Assembly (NCBI RefSeq): GCF_000195855.1
Contig: NC_002677.1
Location: 270,001-302,000 of the forward strand
From: Mycobacterium leprae TN
Lineage (GTDB): Bacteria; Actinomycetota; Actinomycetes; Mycobacteriales; Mycobacteriaceae
DNA length: 32,000 nt
Reading direction: 5' to 3'
Shown: one piece after another, positions 20,408 to 30,536 of the stretch
Layout of the letters: the number at the start of each line of letters is the position of its first letter
How positions within the stretch are numbered: position 1 is the first letter of the stretch
Made by a program: the position numbers and the translations under genes
Notes under the pieces: model-generated
The model's database searches: none
What the model saw: only the letters and a program-made list of their open reading frames with translations
What the model was told of the DNA's origin: nothing

Positions 20408-21368
20408 CTAGCCCACCACGTCCAGATCGACCTCTACGGTAATCAGCGGGGTGGCATCGGTGTAGCCTTCGGCGATCACGCGCAGCGACTCAGCGAATTC
20501 GTCCGGGTAATATTAGGGCGCGAATTACACACTGATTTCCTTAGTTATCGCAAAAAATGGATGCATGGTGTCGGCCTGCATACACATTCCGGCGACTATC
20601 AGATGCATACTGTATGCGCCCGTAATCGTTACGTCGTAGACGATCCTGGGCACCCTTACCTCCTCAACGCCGCCGCGGGTTCCCGTTGTCGAACGGGGAA
20701 CCCTCTTCCGGATCTAGTTTTTGATGCGTGCCCATCGCGCCGGTCAGCTCGCGTAGCTGCGACGAAAAATTTGATTCTACAATGGCTTATATGCTACTTG
20801 CGGCAAGGAGGCGATGACTTCCAGGTTGATCGGACTGCAACCAAGCAACAGGGCAGTTCACCGGTAGCTATGTTGGACTTGTAACCGGCATGCAACCCTA
20901 CCGCTATGGATCCGGTCAGTGCTGCGTGTTTGAGATCTAGGCTGTTGGTGATTGGCAGCAACGGCGGCGCCGAGAGCAGCCTCCTATAGGCGCAGACGAC
21001 GATCGGATACTGTTCGAAATAATCGGTTCGATGCCGTTGGAAGACAGCAACATCGGGAGCGATGTGACCAGGATTCCTGGAGGGTATAAGTTTTTTTAGT
21101 CTCTGTCGCGGCTTCTAGCGCCCCGTAGTCGAATTCGTGGCCCACGATAGACATCGCAGCTCAAATCTACTTGTATGCGTCAGAATCACGCGCAATCCGT
21201 TCAGCGAGCCCAGCATGTCAGCACCGTTAATTGCGAAATGCCAGACAAGTCGATGCCACGGATTCCACACGACCGCACACCGACCAGAACTCGACCTGGT
21301 TTGGGTATCGGTTCAAGCACGCCGTACCGGTAGGCCATGCGTCCATTGTGAAACACTGCGGCGCTCAT
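20408..21368 (-). pseudogene. Zinc-dependent medium-chain alcohol dehydrogenase family remnant
   Basis: The - strand from ATG 21368 reads MSAAVFHNGRMAYRYGVLEPIPKPGRVLVGVRSCGIRGIDL (MDR N-terminus with a degraded CGICGSD motif). After frameshifts come ..SIVGHEFDYGALE.. (GHE zinc ligands) and the C-terminus ..FAESLRVIAEGYTDATPLITVEVDLDVVG, with stop at 20410-20408. Confidence 0.55.
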
Positions 21369-21379
21369 CAATTATTTTC

Positions 21380-22470
21380 GGTTTCTAGAATCTCGGTAAC
21401 GGCTTTCACCTACTTCTCGCCGTCGTAGCGAATCAATTTGGCCAAATTTTCCTTTGTCCTAGTCGTGAGAAGATTGCTATGCTTCTAGCTGTCCTTTGCA
21501 ATAGAGAATCACCTTGCGGGCGAATAGTTCATAGCAGTGTTACGTTGCATGGGGGAGGACCAGGTATGGTCAAGCACCCGTAGTATTCTGAAGTCACCGT
21601 ACTTTTCGAGTAAAGTCTTCAATATGTGCTATTGTGTTTATCGGATGTACCGATACGGTAATTACCTTTGCCAGTTTAGTCGTTGACTAAACTAATGAGG
21701 TTTCTGTGTGCTGTCGACTGTATTGGCAACCGGAAAAACCCCTCAACGTTGCAATAATTGGCGCAATTCTGCAGCTCGTAGGTGCAGTCGTCGATCGCCT
21801 GATAGCGGCTTTTAGCAATATGCATGATGCTCAGAACCCGCTAATTAGCTCGGTCCGGCTCGTCCCGGTCGACTGTGTCGGCCTGTTTGCGCACCACTTT
21901 CCAGATGTTTTCCAGCCCAGCATGGCCGCTGGACACTGACATCGACAATAGGCGACGTGCCCAGTGTGTCGGCCAGGCGTGGTGCAGACGGCTAGTGCTA
22001 CTATTATGGGTGTGGCGATTTCTGGTGTAGGTTCATGTGTCAGGTGGATGTGTAATTGTGCGTTGAGCAAGGTGAACTATGTATGAAGTGGCGATAGACT
22101 CACTCAATGAGATCGGAATAACGCGAGGATCTCCTCGATAGATTTTTTGCACCATACCTTCGCTACCCAATTGGTTTGCTAACCATCATATTCGATGTCC
22201 GATAACAGCACCCAAGACCACGCCCGGTGCTGAGCCTTACGTGCTTTGGTCCGCTCCAGCTGCTGCGCGATGAACACTTCCAGGCACGCCATCAACTCGT
22301 AGCCGCATGAAGTGGTGTTCGCCGAACCACGCCTCGTCTATCCCCACGCTATCCAGCGCAACAACGCGCTCCATATCGTATTCCAACGCCACTATGGGGG
22401 ATTGGCCGATATATTATTAAATATTAAACGGTATGATGAAGATGTTGAAAAGCAGTGGAGCACCGACCAC
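21380..22470 (-). pseudogene. Luciferase-like monooxygenase remnant (Rv3618-like)
   Basis: The - strand from GTG 22470 reads VVGAPLLFNIFIIPFNI**YIGQSPIVALEYDMERVVALDSVGIDEAWFGEHHF.., an LLM N-terminus with the EHHF motif interrupted by a double stop. Downstream frames are broken. It lies immediately after the ephA remnant, as Rv3618 follows Rv3617. The 3' boundary is approximate. Confidence 0.4.
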
Positions 22471-23374
22471 TACATCCAATCCGTTGAGGAAATCCAACAA
22501 GGTGGTGTTCTAAAGGTCGGGTCGTTCCTACTGCAGTCAGTGCTCCGCTCCATCAATCATCACCTGACGGTAAGGGACCGTAGATCATCCCCGAAGCACG
22601 GTCGGTGCGGGTGAATGCCAGCACCACCGGGTTAGCTGCGCCGGCGATAAACAACGATGGTACGGGGATAGCGGCGTCCGTGCGTTCAGCAGTGGTCTCC
22701 CTAGTTGCAGTCAAAATTGCGATGCCAATTTAGGCCGCTCATGAAGCCGACCGAAAAACTCGCTGATGTATATGTATTATATAGTCCAGTTGATCCTGGC
22801 TGATCCAATCCGGCAGCTGGTCCGGTTCCGGAAGCCGATCGATGAAAGCCTTTCGGGCTGGGGGCGACCATCCGTATTGCCTTGCTCTGGTTGCCGGACG
22901 GTGCTCGTATGGTGCCTAAATCATTCGGCGAATCGTGCGTGCGGGGTTCGGCGTTGGCAACATGGTGCTCCATGTAAATACAAAATGTTAAAGAAGTTTT
23001 CCCGAGTATCCCGTGGAACGCGTGTGTTGAGGGAAGAAGTGGCGCGTTCCACACCACGATGGCGCCCCAAATCGTGGCTCATCTAGACGGCCTGCTAGAC
23101 GCTGAAAACCATGTCGGCGGTCTGCTCATGGATGGTGTAGGTCTCTAACGCATCCGGATGAGACAGAGCCGCTGTAACCCACACTGTTCGGGAGCCAAGA
23201 CGTGGTAGCTCGCTTGGTGAAGGTCGGAATTTGGTTCCTACACGAGTAGACCAGTTCGTGAAAGTCATGGGCCAGAACCACCACCGGTGTGTTGCGATCC
23301 TTGGCCTCTATTATCCGTAGCGACACACCATTGGTATTTGCGTATTGTTCGGTATTCAGCCGACTTGAACGCAT
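22471..23374 (-). pseudogene. ephA: Epoxide hydrolase EphA remnant (alpha/beta hydrolase)
   Basis: - strand fragments in different frames: NGVSLRIIEAKDRNTPVVVLAHDFHELVYSCRNQIP, VWNAPLLPS, IRMVAPSPKGF, GLNWHRNFDCN and IPVPSLFIAGAANPVVLAFTRTDRA. They track the full length of an EphA-type hydrolase, with stops and frameshifts. Confidence 0.7.
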
Positions 23375-23701
23375 CGTCTAAACCAAATCACTATGGCCAC
23401 TATGGCGCCGGGCCTGAGAAGGACTTGTTTACCCTCGCCATTTGTTATGGTGCGCGCGGCTAGCCCAGTCGACTATGCGTTCAGGGTTATGTTCCCCAGG
23501 ATGTGCACTGGCTACCCCCACTCGGGGGCGGAGCCGCGGTGTCGGCCAGACTCGGGAACTGCCGGTCGTTGGTTTGTGCAAGTTGGTGGAGACCCGCTGC
23601 ACCCGGCTCTGCCGAGCTGGCGATCGTCACTGACGGTAGCCTAAACTTTTTTAGCTGCGTGTATCGGGGAAGGAACCTGGCCGGCACGGCCGATGTTATT
23701 G

Positions 23702-26065
23702 ATGAACCGAAAAAACGTTATCCGCATGGTTACGGCGATCGCTGTAGTGGTGCTGCTCGGCTGGTCGTTTTTCTACTTCAGCGACGACACTCGTGGTTAC
23801 AAGTTCGTCGACACCTCGGTGGCGATGTCCCAGATCAACGGCCACAACGTCAAGAGCGCGCAAATTGATGACCGGGAACAGCAGCTGCGGTTGACCTTGA
23901 AGAAGGGCAACAACGACACCGATGGCTCTGACAAGGTCATAACCAAATACCCCACCGGGTACGCGGTCGATTTGTTCAACGCGCTGAGCGCTAAGAACAC
24001 GAAGGTCACCACCGCCGTAAACGAAGGCAGCATCCTGGGCGAGTTGCTCGTTTATGTGCTGCCATTGCTTTTGCTGGTGGGCCTGTTTGTGATGTTCTCT
24101 CGTATGCAGGGCGGCGCTCGAATGGGCTTTGGATTCGGCAAATCACGCGCTAAGCAACTTTCCAAAGACATGCCCAAGACCACTTTCGCTGACGTTGCCG
24201 GTGTTGACGAGGCGGTCGAGGAGCTCTACGAGATCAAGGACTTCTTGCAAAACCCCTGTAGGTACCAGACGCTCGGCGCGAAGATCCCCAAGGGCGTGCT
24301 GCTCTACGGGCCGCCGGGCACCGGTAAAACGTTGCTGGCCCGCGCTGTGGCGGGAGAGGCAGGCGTTCCGTTCTTCACCATCTCCGGATCCGACTTCGTC
24401 GAGATGTTCGTTGGCGTTGGCGCTTCACGCGTAAGGGACCTGTTCGACCAGGCTAAGCAGAACAGCCCGTGCATCATCTTTGTCGATGAGATAGACGCGG
24501 TGGGCCGCCAGCGCGGCACCGGGCTCGGCGGTGGCCACGACGAGCGCGAGCAAACACTGAACCAGTTGCTGGTCGAGATGGACGGTTTTGGCGATCGGGC
24601 GGGCGTCATCTTGATCGCGGCAACCAACCGGCCTGACATCTTGGACCCCGCGCTTCTAAGGCCCGGGCGTTTCGACCGGCAGATCCCGGTGTCCAACCCG
24701 GACCTGGCAGGTCGTCGCGCGGTGCTGCGCGTGCATTCGAAGGGCAAGCCGATTGCCGACGATGCTGACCTCGACGGACTGGCCAAACGCACTGTCGGAA
24801 TGACCGGCGCTGACCTTGCCAACGTTGTCAACGAGGCGGCGCTGCTGACCGCCCGAGAGAACGGCCTGGTGATTACCGGACCCGCCTTGGAGGAGGCGGT
24901 GGACCGGGTGATCGGCGGGCCACGTCGCAAGGGCCGGATCATCAGCGAGCAGGAAAAGAAAATCACAGCGTATCACGAGGGCGGGCACACCTTGGCGGCT
25001 TGGGCTATGCCTGATATCGAGCCTATCTACAAGGTGACGATCCTGGCTCGGGGACGTACCGGCGGGCACGCGGTGGCGGTGCCCGAGGAAGACAAGGGCT
25101 TGAGGACCCGCTCGGAAATGATCGCGCAGCTGGTGTTCGCGATGGGTGGACGTGCCGCCGAGGAGTTGGTGTTCCGCGAGCCGACGACCGGTGCGGTATC
25201 GGATATCGAGAAGGCCACCAAAATCGCGCGCTCGATGGTTACCGAATTCGGTATGAGCTCCAAACTTGGAGCGGTCAGATATGGTTCCGAGCACGGCGAC
25301 CCGTTCCTCGGCCGGACCATGGGCACCCAGGCGGATTACTCTCATGAGGTCGCCCGCGACATCGATGATGAGGTTCGCAAGCTTATTGAAGCCGCGCACA
25401 CCGAGGCGTGGGAGATTCTCACCGAATACCGCGACGTGCTTGACACCCTGGCCGGCGAGCTGCTGGAAAAAGAAACTCTGCACCGACCAGAGCTGGAGGG
25501 GATCTTCGCCAGCGTCGAAAAGCGACCCCGGCTCACCATGTTCGACGATTTTGGTGGGCGGATCCCGTCGGACAAGCCGCCGATCAAGACACCCGGCGAG
25601 CTGGCGATCGAGCGCGGCGAGCCCTGGCCCCAGCCAGTCCCCGAGCCGGCGTTCAAGGCAGCCATCGCCCGTGCTTCGCAGGCCGCTGAGGCCTCGCACC
25701 AAGCAGCACAATCGGATACCGATGGGCCCCCCGGCCAGGGGGCCAATGGTTCACATGCCGGGGACCGTCAGCGCCAGCACGGCCCTACTCAACCCGACTA
25801 TGGCGCTCCGCCGGGTTGGCATGCGCCTGGATGGCCGCCACAACAGCCGCCGGATTACTGGTATCCGCCTGAACAGCAACCCTCACAGTCGCCCTATTGG
25901 CCGCAGCCCGCGCCCAGCTATCCGGGCCAAGCCCCCCCTCCGTATCCGTCGTACCCGCCTTGTCCTTCTTACCCGCCGCCTGGTCAATCCGCCCCGGACG
26001 CGGGTAAGCCCCCTGCACAGTTGGACGAGGGCGTGAGCCCCTCCAACCCACCGGCGCACGGCTGA
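23702..26065 (+). CDS. ftsH: ATP-dependent zinc metalloprotease FtsH
   Basis: Starts at ATG 23702 (MNRKNVIR), 787 aa. Two N-terminal TM helices, Walker A GPPGTGKT, Walker B IIFVDEID, zinc site HEGGH, and a long Pro/Gln/Tyr-rich tail. Confidence 0.95.
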   Translation: MNRKNVIRMVTAIAVVVLLGWSFFYFSDDTRGYKFVDTSVAMSQINGHNVKSAQIDDREQQLRLTLKKGNNDTDGSDKVITKYPTGYAVDLFNALSAKNTKVTTAVNEGSILGELLVYVLPLLLLVGLFVMFSRMQGGARMGFGFGKSRAKQLSKDMPKTTFADVAGVDEAVEELYEIKDFLQNPCRYQTLGAKIPKGVLLYGPPGTGKTLLARAVAGEAGVPFFTISGSDFVEMFVGVGASRVRDLFDQAKQNSPCIIFVDEIDAVGRQRGTGLGGGHDEREQTLNQLLVEMDGFGDRAGVILIAATNRPDILDPALLRPGRFDRQIPVSNPDLAGRRAVLRVHSKGKPIADDADLDGLAKRTVGMTGADLANVVNEAALLTARENGLVITGPALEEAVDRVIGGPRRKGRIISEQEKKITAYHEGGHTLAAWAMPDIEPIYKVTILARGRTGGHAVAVPEEDKGLRTRSEMIAQLVFAMGGRAAEELVFREPTTGAVSDIEKATKIARSMVTEFGMSSKLGAVRYGSEHGDPFLGRTMGTQADYSHEVARDIDDEVRKLIEAAHTEAWEILTEYRDVLDTLAGELLEKETLHRPELEGIFASVEKRPRLTMFDDFGGRIPSDKPPIKTPGELAIERGEPWPQPVPEPAFKAAIARASQAAEASHQAAQSDTDGPPGQGANGSHAGDRQRQHGPTQPDYGAPPGWHAPGWPPQQPPDYWYPPEQQPSQSPYWPQPAPSYPGQAPPPYPSYPPCPSYPPPGQSAPDAGKPPAQLDEGVSPSNPPAHG

Positions 26066-26081
26066 CGAAACGGAGAATTCG

Positions 26082-26699
26082 ATGGCCTTACTGGATTTAG
26101 GGCTGGAAAGCACCGCGGTCCCGCGCATCCGGGTTTTTGACCAGCAGCGTGCCGAGGCCGCGATTCGCGAGTTGCTGTACGCGATTGGCGAGGACCCGGA
26201 TAGGGAGGGTTTGGCCGACACCCCGGCTCGCGTGGCCCGCGCATGCCGCGAGCTGTTCTCTGGGCTCTACACCGACCCGCAAACTGTGCTGAACACCATG
26301 TTCGACGAAGAACACAATGAACTGGTGATCGTCAAAGAGATTCCGATGTACTCTACCTGCGAACACCATTTGGTGTCTTTCCATGGTGTGGCGCACATCG
26401 GCTATCTTCCAGGCGCGGACGGTAGGGTAACCGGGCTTTCGAAGATCGCTCGGCTAGTGGACCTCTACGCCAAACGGCCACAAGTGCAGGAGCGGCTCAC
26501 CAGCCAGATCGCCGACGCCTTGGTCAGCAAGCTCGATCCACGCGGGGTCATCATCGTCGTCGAGGCCGAGCACCTGTGCATGGCAATGCGCGGTGTCCGC
26601 AAGCCTGGCGCGATCACGACGACGTCGGCGGTGCGCGGTCAGTTCAAAACTGATGCTGCTTCTCGTGCCGAAGCGCTCGGCCTCATCCTGCGTAAGTGA
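26082..26699 (+). CDS. folE: GTP cyclohydrolase I
   Basis: 205 aa. Motifs [18 protein letters not shown] and QVQERLT. Confidence 0.95.
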   Translation: MALLDLGLESTAVPRIRVFDQQRAEAAIRELLYAIGEDPDREGLADTPARVARACRELFSGLYTDPQTVLNTMFDEEHNELVIVKEIPMYSTCEHHLVSFHGVAHIGYLPGADGRVTGLSKIARLVDLYAKRPQVQERLTSQIADALVSKLDPRGVIIVVEAEHLCMAMRGVRKPGAITTTSAVRGQFKTDAASRAEALGLILRK

Positions 26700-27550
26700 G
26701 TTTGGCGCCAGTGCAGGTTATTGGGGTTTTGAACGTCACTGACAATTCGTTCTCAGATGGCGGACGTTACCTTGATCCTGACGATGCTGTCCAGCACGGC
26801 CTGGCAATGGTCGCGGAAGGCGCGGCGATTGTCGACGTCGGTGGCGAATCGACCCGGCCCGGTGCCATTAGGACCGATCCTCGAGTTGAACTCTCTCGTA
26901 TCGTTCCTGTCGTAAAAGAACTTGCAGCACAGGGGATTACAGTAAGTATCGATACTACGCGCGCTGATGTTGCACGGGCGGCGCTGCAAAGCGGCGCACG
27001 GATCGTCAACGATGTGTCTGGTGGGCGAGCAGATCCCGCGATGGCTCCTCTGGTGGCTGAAGCCGGTGTTGCGTGGGTGTTGATGCACTGGCGACTGATG
27101 TCGGCTGAACGGCCGTATGAGGCTCCGAATTACCGCGACGTGGTGGCTGAAGTGCGTGCCGACCTACTGGCTGGTGTCGATCAGGCTGTGGCCGCAGGTG
27201 TTGATCCTGGGAGTCTAGTGATCGATCCCGGGCTTGGATTCGCCAAGACGGGACAGCACAATTGGGCGCTGCTGAATGCGTTACCGGAGTTGGTGGCTAC
27301 TGGGGTCCCGATTCTACTTGGCGCCTCGCGTAAACGGTTCCTGGGTAGGTTATTAGCTGGGGCTGATGGCGCGGTACGACCGCCGGACGGACGTGAGACG
27401 GCGACCGCGGTGATTTCCGCACTTGCTGCCCTACACGGGGCTTGGGGTGTTCGGGTGCACGATGTGCGTGCCTCGGTCGACGCACTCAAGGTCGTCGGGG
27501 CTTGGCTGCATGCTGGGCCGCAGATTGAAAAGGTTAGATGTGATGGCTGA
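26696..27550 (+). CDS. folP1: Dihydropteroate synthase
   Basis: 284 aa. Pterin-binding fold motifs [24 protein letters not shown] and [11 protein letters not shown] 26696 overlaps the folE stop (GTGA). Confidence 0.95.
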
Positions 27551-27941
27551 CCGAATGGAGTTGCGCGGTTTGATAGTTCGTGGACGACACGGTGTCTACG
27601 AGGTCGAGCGCGCCAACGGACAAGACTTCATCGTGGATGTCATCTTATGGATCGATCTGGCCGATGCGGCCGCGAACGACAACCTAGCTGACACCTATGA
27701 CTACGTGGTTCTGGCCGAGCGGACTGCCGCGATCATCGCCGGCCCACCACGGAACCTGATCGAGACAGTCGGCAGCGAGATTGCCGACTTCGTGATGGAC
27801 GACGAACGCGTGCACGCCGTCGAGGTGGTGGTGCACAAGCCGCAGGCGCCGATCCCGCAGCAGTTCTCTGATGTGGCGGTGGTGGTTCGGCGATCGCGAC
27901 GCGGCGGTCGCGGTTCGATGATTCCTGCGAGCGGGGTGTGA
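27543..27941 (+). CDS. folB: Dihydroneopterin aldolase
   Basis: ATG 27543 overlaps the folP1 3' end. [33 protein letters not shown] is typical of FolB. The upstream part of track ORF 27423.. lies inside folP1. Confidence 0.9.
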
Positions 27942-28516
27942 TGACTCGCGTCGTACTGTCTATAGGATCCAATCTGGGTGACCGGCTGGCGTGGCTGCAG
28001 TCAGCCGTCGATGGGCTGGGTGATGCGGTTGTCGCGGTCTCTCCGGTGTATGACACCGTCCCGTGGGGAGCCGTGGAGCAGAGATCGTTCCTCAACGCGG
28101 TAGTGATCGCCGACGGCCCGGCGTATGACACGAAGGCCTGGCTGTGTCGGGCTCAGGAGCTCGAGCGGAACGCGGGTCGGGTGCGGGGACAGCGCTGGGG
28201 CGCACGCACACTCGACGTCGATCTGATCTCCTGCTATCAGACTTCGGGTGCTACGACCGGTGCGGTCGAGGTGATTACGTGCGAAAGCAACTTGACGTTG
28301 CCGCATCCGCGGGCTCATCTGCGGGCTTTCGTGCTGGTTCCGTGGTTGGCTGTCGACTCGGATGCTGAGCTGACCGTCGCTGGGCGGGCGCAACGGGTCG
28401 ATCGGCTGTTGGCAGAGATGGAGCCGACCGAGCGGGAAGGTGTGCGGTTGACCAATCTGACGCTCAAGCTGAAACGTAGTTCGCCGGCGCGGCCAGTCAG
28501 TCCGAAATCAGACTGA
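27938..28516 (+). CDS. folK: 2-amino-4-hydroxy-6-hydroxymethyldihydropteridine pyrophosphokinase
   Basis: Motifs [19 protein letters not shown] and [16 protein letters not shown]. Start is GTG 27938 or ATG 27941, overlapping the folB stop. Confidence 0.9.
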
Positions 28517-28992
28517 TGGGACCGACCCGGAAACGTGACCTGACGGCCGCGATGATTGGCGCTGCGGTAGTAGGTTATCTGCTGGTGCTTGTGCTGTACC
28601 GGTGGTTTCCACCCATCACCGTGTGGACTGGTCTGTCGTTGCTTGCGGTTGCTATCCCCGAGGCGTTGTGGGCGCGCTACGTGCGGACCAAGATCAGCGA
28701 TGGTGAGATCGGCGATGGCCCCGGTTGGCTGCACCCGCTAGCGGTAGCACACAGCCTGATGGTTGCCAAGGCGTCGGCCTGGGTGGGTGCGCTAGTGCTG
28801 GGTTGGTGGGTCGGTGTATTGGTGTACTTTTTGCCGCGGTGGCCGTGGCTGCGGGTTGCTGACAAGGACACCTCTGGAACGGTCGTGGCGGCTCTCAGCG
28901 CTCTGGCGTTACTAGTTGCAGCCTTGTGGCTGCAACATTGCTGCAAATCTCCGCAAGATCCCACCGAGCACGGCGAGGGTGCCGAAAATTAG
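28516..28992 (+). CDS. Small integral membrane protein (DUF3180, Rv3605c-like)
   Basis: 158 aa with four hydrophobic helices. The ATG overlaps the folK TGA by 1 nt (TGATG). Position after folK is conserved. Confidence 0.75.
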   Translation: MGPTRKRDLTAAMIGAAVVGYLLVLVLYRWFPPITVWTGLSLLAVAIPEALWARYVRTKISDGEIGDGPGWLHPLAVAHSLMVAKASAWVGALVLGWWVGVLVYFLPRWPWLRVADKDTSGTVVAALSALALLVAALWLQHCCKSPQDPTEHGEGAEN

Positions 28993-29137
28993 CTTGCTCG
29001 CCAACGTTGCTGACCGCCAAGTGTAGCTTTGGTTAGTAGTCGGGCACTTCACCGCAGTTTGACCCACGATTGATGCAGGTGGGAATCGCCGGACTGGCGC
29101 GACAAGCGGATTGACCTCACCCGGGTACAGTCAGGCC

Positions 29138-30436
29138 ATGACCGTTCTGTCCCGCGGCGGCCGCGTCCGGCGCGGCGGCCGCAGGCCGGGTTGGGTGCTC
29201 TTGACGGTTTCGCTGATCCTCGCGATGGGGGCTAGTTCCGCACTAGTTTTCACCAATCGGGTGGAACTTCTCAAGCTCGCGGTGATCCTGGCGTTGTGGG
29301 CCGCAGTCGCCGGCGCTTTTGTGTCGGTGTTTTACCGTCGGCAGAGCGACGCGGATCAGTCTCGGGTGCGTAATCTCAAGCTCGTCTACGACCTGCAGTT
29401 GGATCGGGAAATCTCGGCCCGCCGCGAATATGAGTTGACGGTGGAATCCCAATTGCGTCGCGAGTTGGCCTCCGAGCTGCGCAGTCAGGCCGCTGACGAA
29501 GTGTTGGCACTGCGGGCGGAGCTGGCGGCGTTACGAACCAACCTGGAGATTTTGTTCGACACAGACCTTCAGCACCGCCCGGCGTTGGCGGGTGCGGAGG
29601 CACCGCAGGCAAAAGCAGCCCCCCCAACGTGCGCTTATAGTAATTGGGTCCGCGATGGCCAGAGCAAGCCCGTCGACTGGGTGCCCAGCAATCGTGTCAC
29701 GTCGGTTCGCCAAGACCGGGTGACCAACAGCGCCGACGACACCTCGATCATCGACGTCCCCGAGGAACCACTGTTGCCGCCTCGAGGGCAGGCGCCTCAG
29801 CAGGGGGGGGTGCTGCCGCACTTTGAAGACCCGCCGTCACAGTCAGATTCGCGGTTCGAACCTCGTCACCGGCCGCCACGATCAGCCCCACTACAGGAAC
29901 TGTTGCAACCGCATATGAAGGATTGGCAACCGGACGCCGCCGACGAACAGTGGCTGCCTCCTGGTACACAAGACAGTGCCTGGACGGACGTCGAGTCCGC
30001 GAGTGCCTCGGTTGCCGCCCCGTCGGGTCGTCGGCGGCGGTCCCGCCATTCCAGCCTGGACGAAGCCGCGGCAAGCTCGCCCGGCGAAGCCGAGACCGCG
30101 CAGCAGCACAGTGGGTCGGGTCGCCGGGCGCGGTCGCGCCACTCCGCCGAATATCGCGCTTACAGCATTGAGGGCATCACTGCCAAAGGCAGCACCCCGA
30201 TCAGCCAGCCGACGCCACCTGCTGGTCCTGCTTTCGCCGAGCAGCCACCACGGCTGGTGCCGGCGTCGCCTTCTGATCCGGTACCCCGGCACCGCAGCGC
30301 GGATCTCTTGACGGACGGGGTAAAGGGACGTGACTTAGCAGCTGGTGGTCAGTCGGTCGCCGATTTGATGGCGCGGCTAGGGGCCGAGTCGACCGATGGT
30401 GGCCGGCGGCGCAGACGTGAGGGCCATTACGCATGA
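29138..30436 (+). CDS. Membrane-anchored Ala/Arg/Pro-rich protein (Rv3604c-like)
   Basis: Arg-rich N-terminus, two TM helices (WVLLTVSLILAMGASSALVF, LAVILALWAAVAGAFVSVF), a coiled-coil-like segment, then a long low-complexity tail. Start is ATG 29138; the track uses TTG 29111. Confidence 0.7.
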   Translation: MTVLSRGGRVRRGGRRPGWVLLTVSLILAMGASSALVFTNRVELLKLAVILALWAAVAGAFVSVFYRRQSDADQSRVRNLKLVYDLQLDREISARREYELTVESQLRRELASELRSQAADEVLALRAELAALRTNLEILFDTDLQHRPALAGAEAPQAKAAPPTCAYSNWVRDGQSKPVDWVPSNRVTSVRQDRVTNSADDTSIIDVPEEPLLPPRGQAPQQGGVLPHFEDPPSQSDSRFEPRHRPPRSAPLQELLQPHMKDWQPDAADEQWLPPGTQDSAWTDVESASASVAAPSGRRRRSRHSSLDEAAASSPGEAETAQQHSGSGRRARSRHSAEYRAYSIEGITAKGSTPISQPTPPAGPAFAEQPPRLVPASPSDPVPRHRSADLLTDGVKGRDLAAGGQSVADLMARLGAESTDGGRRRRREGHYA

Positions 30437-30536
30437 CACTGGGTCTAGGCTGTCAAATCGACTACCGTCATAGTGACCGTCCGGTACCCCTGCCATGGGA
30501 CTGGAACGAACCAACAAACATGTGAGGCCGTCTGCG

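Noticed and set aside
24656-25711. 351 aa ORF on the - strand, plus a 220 aa ORF at 24304..24966 and a 256 aa + strand ORF at 25266..26036.
   Set aside because: They lie entirely antisense to, or out of frame within, ftsH, whose motifs are unambiguous. Arg/Pro/Gly-rich translations of this kind are typical of off-frame ORFs in GC-rich DNA.
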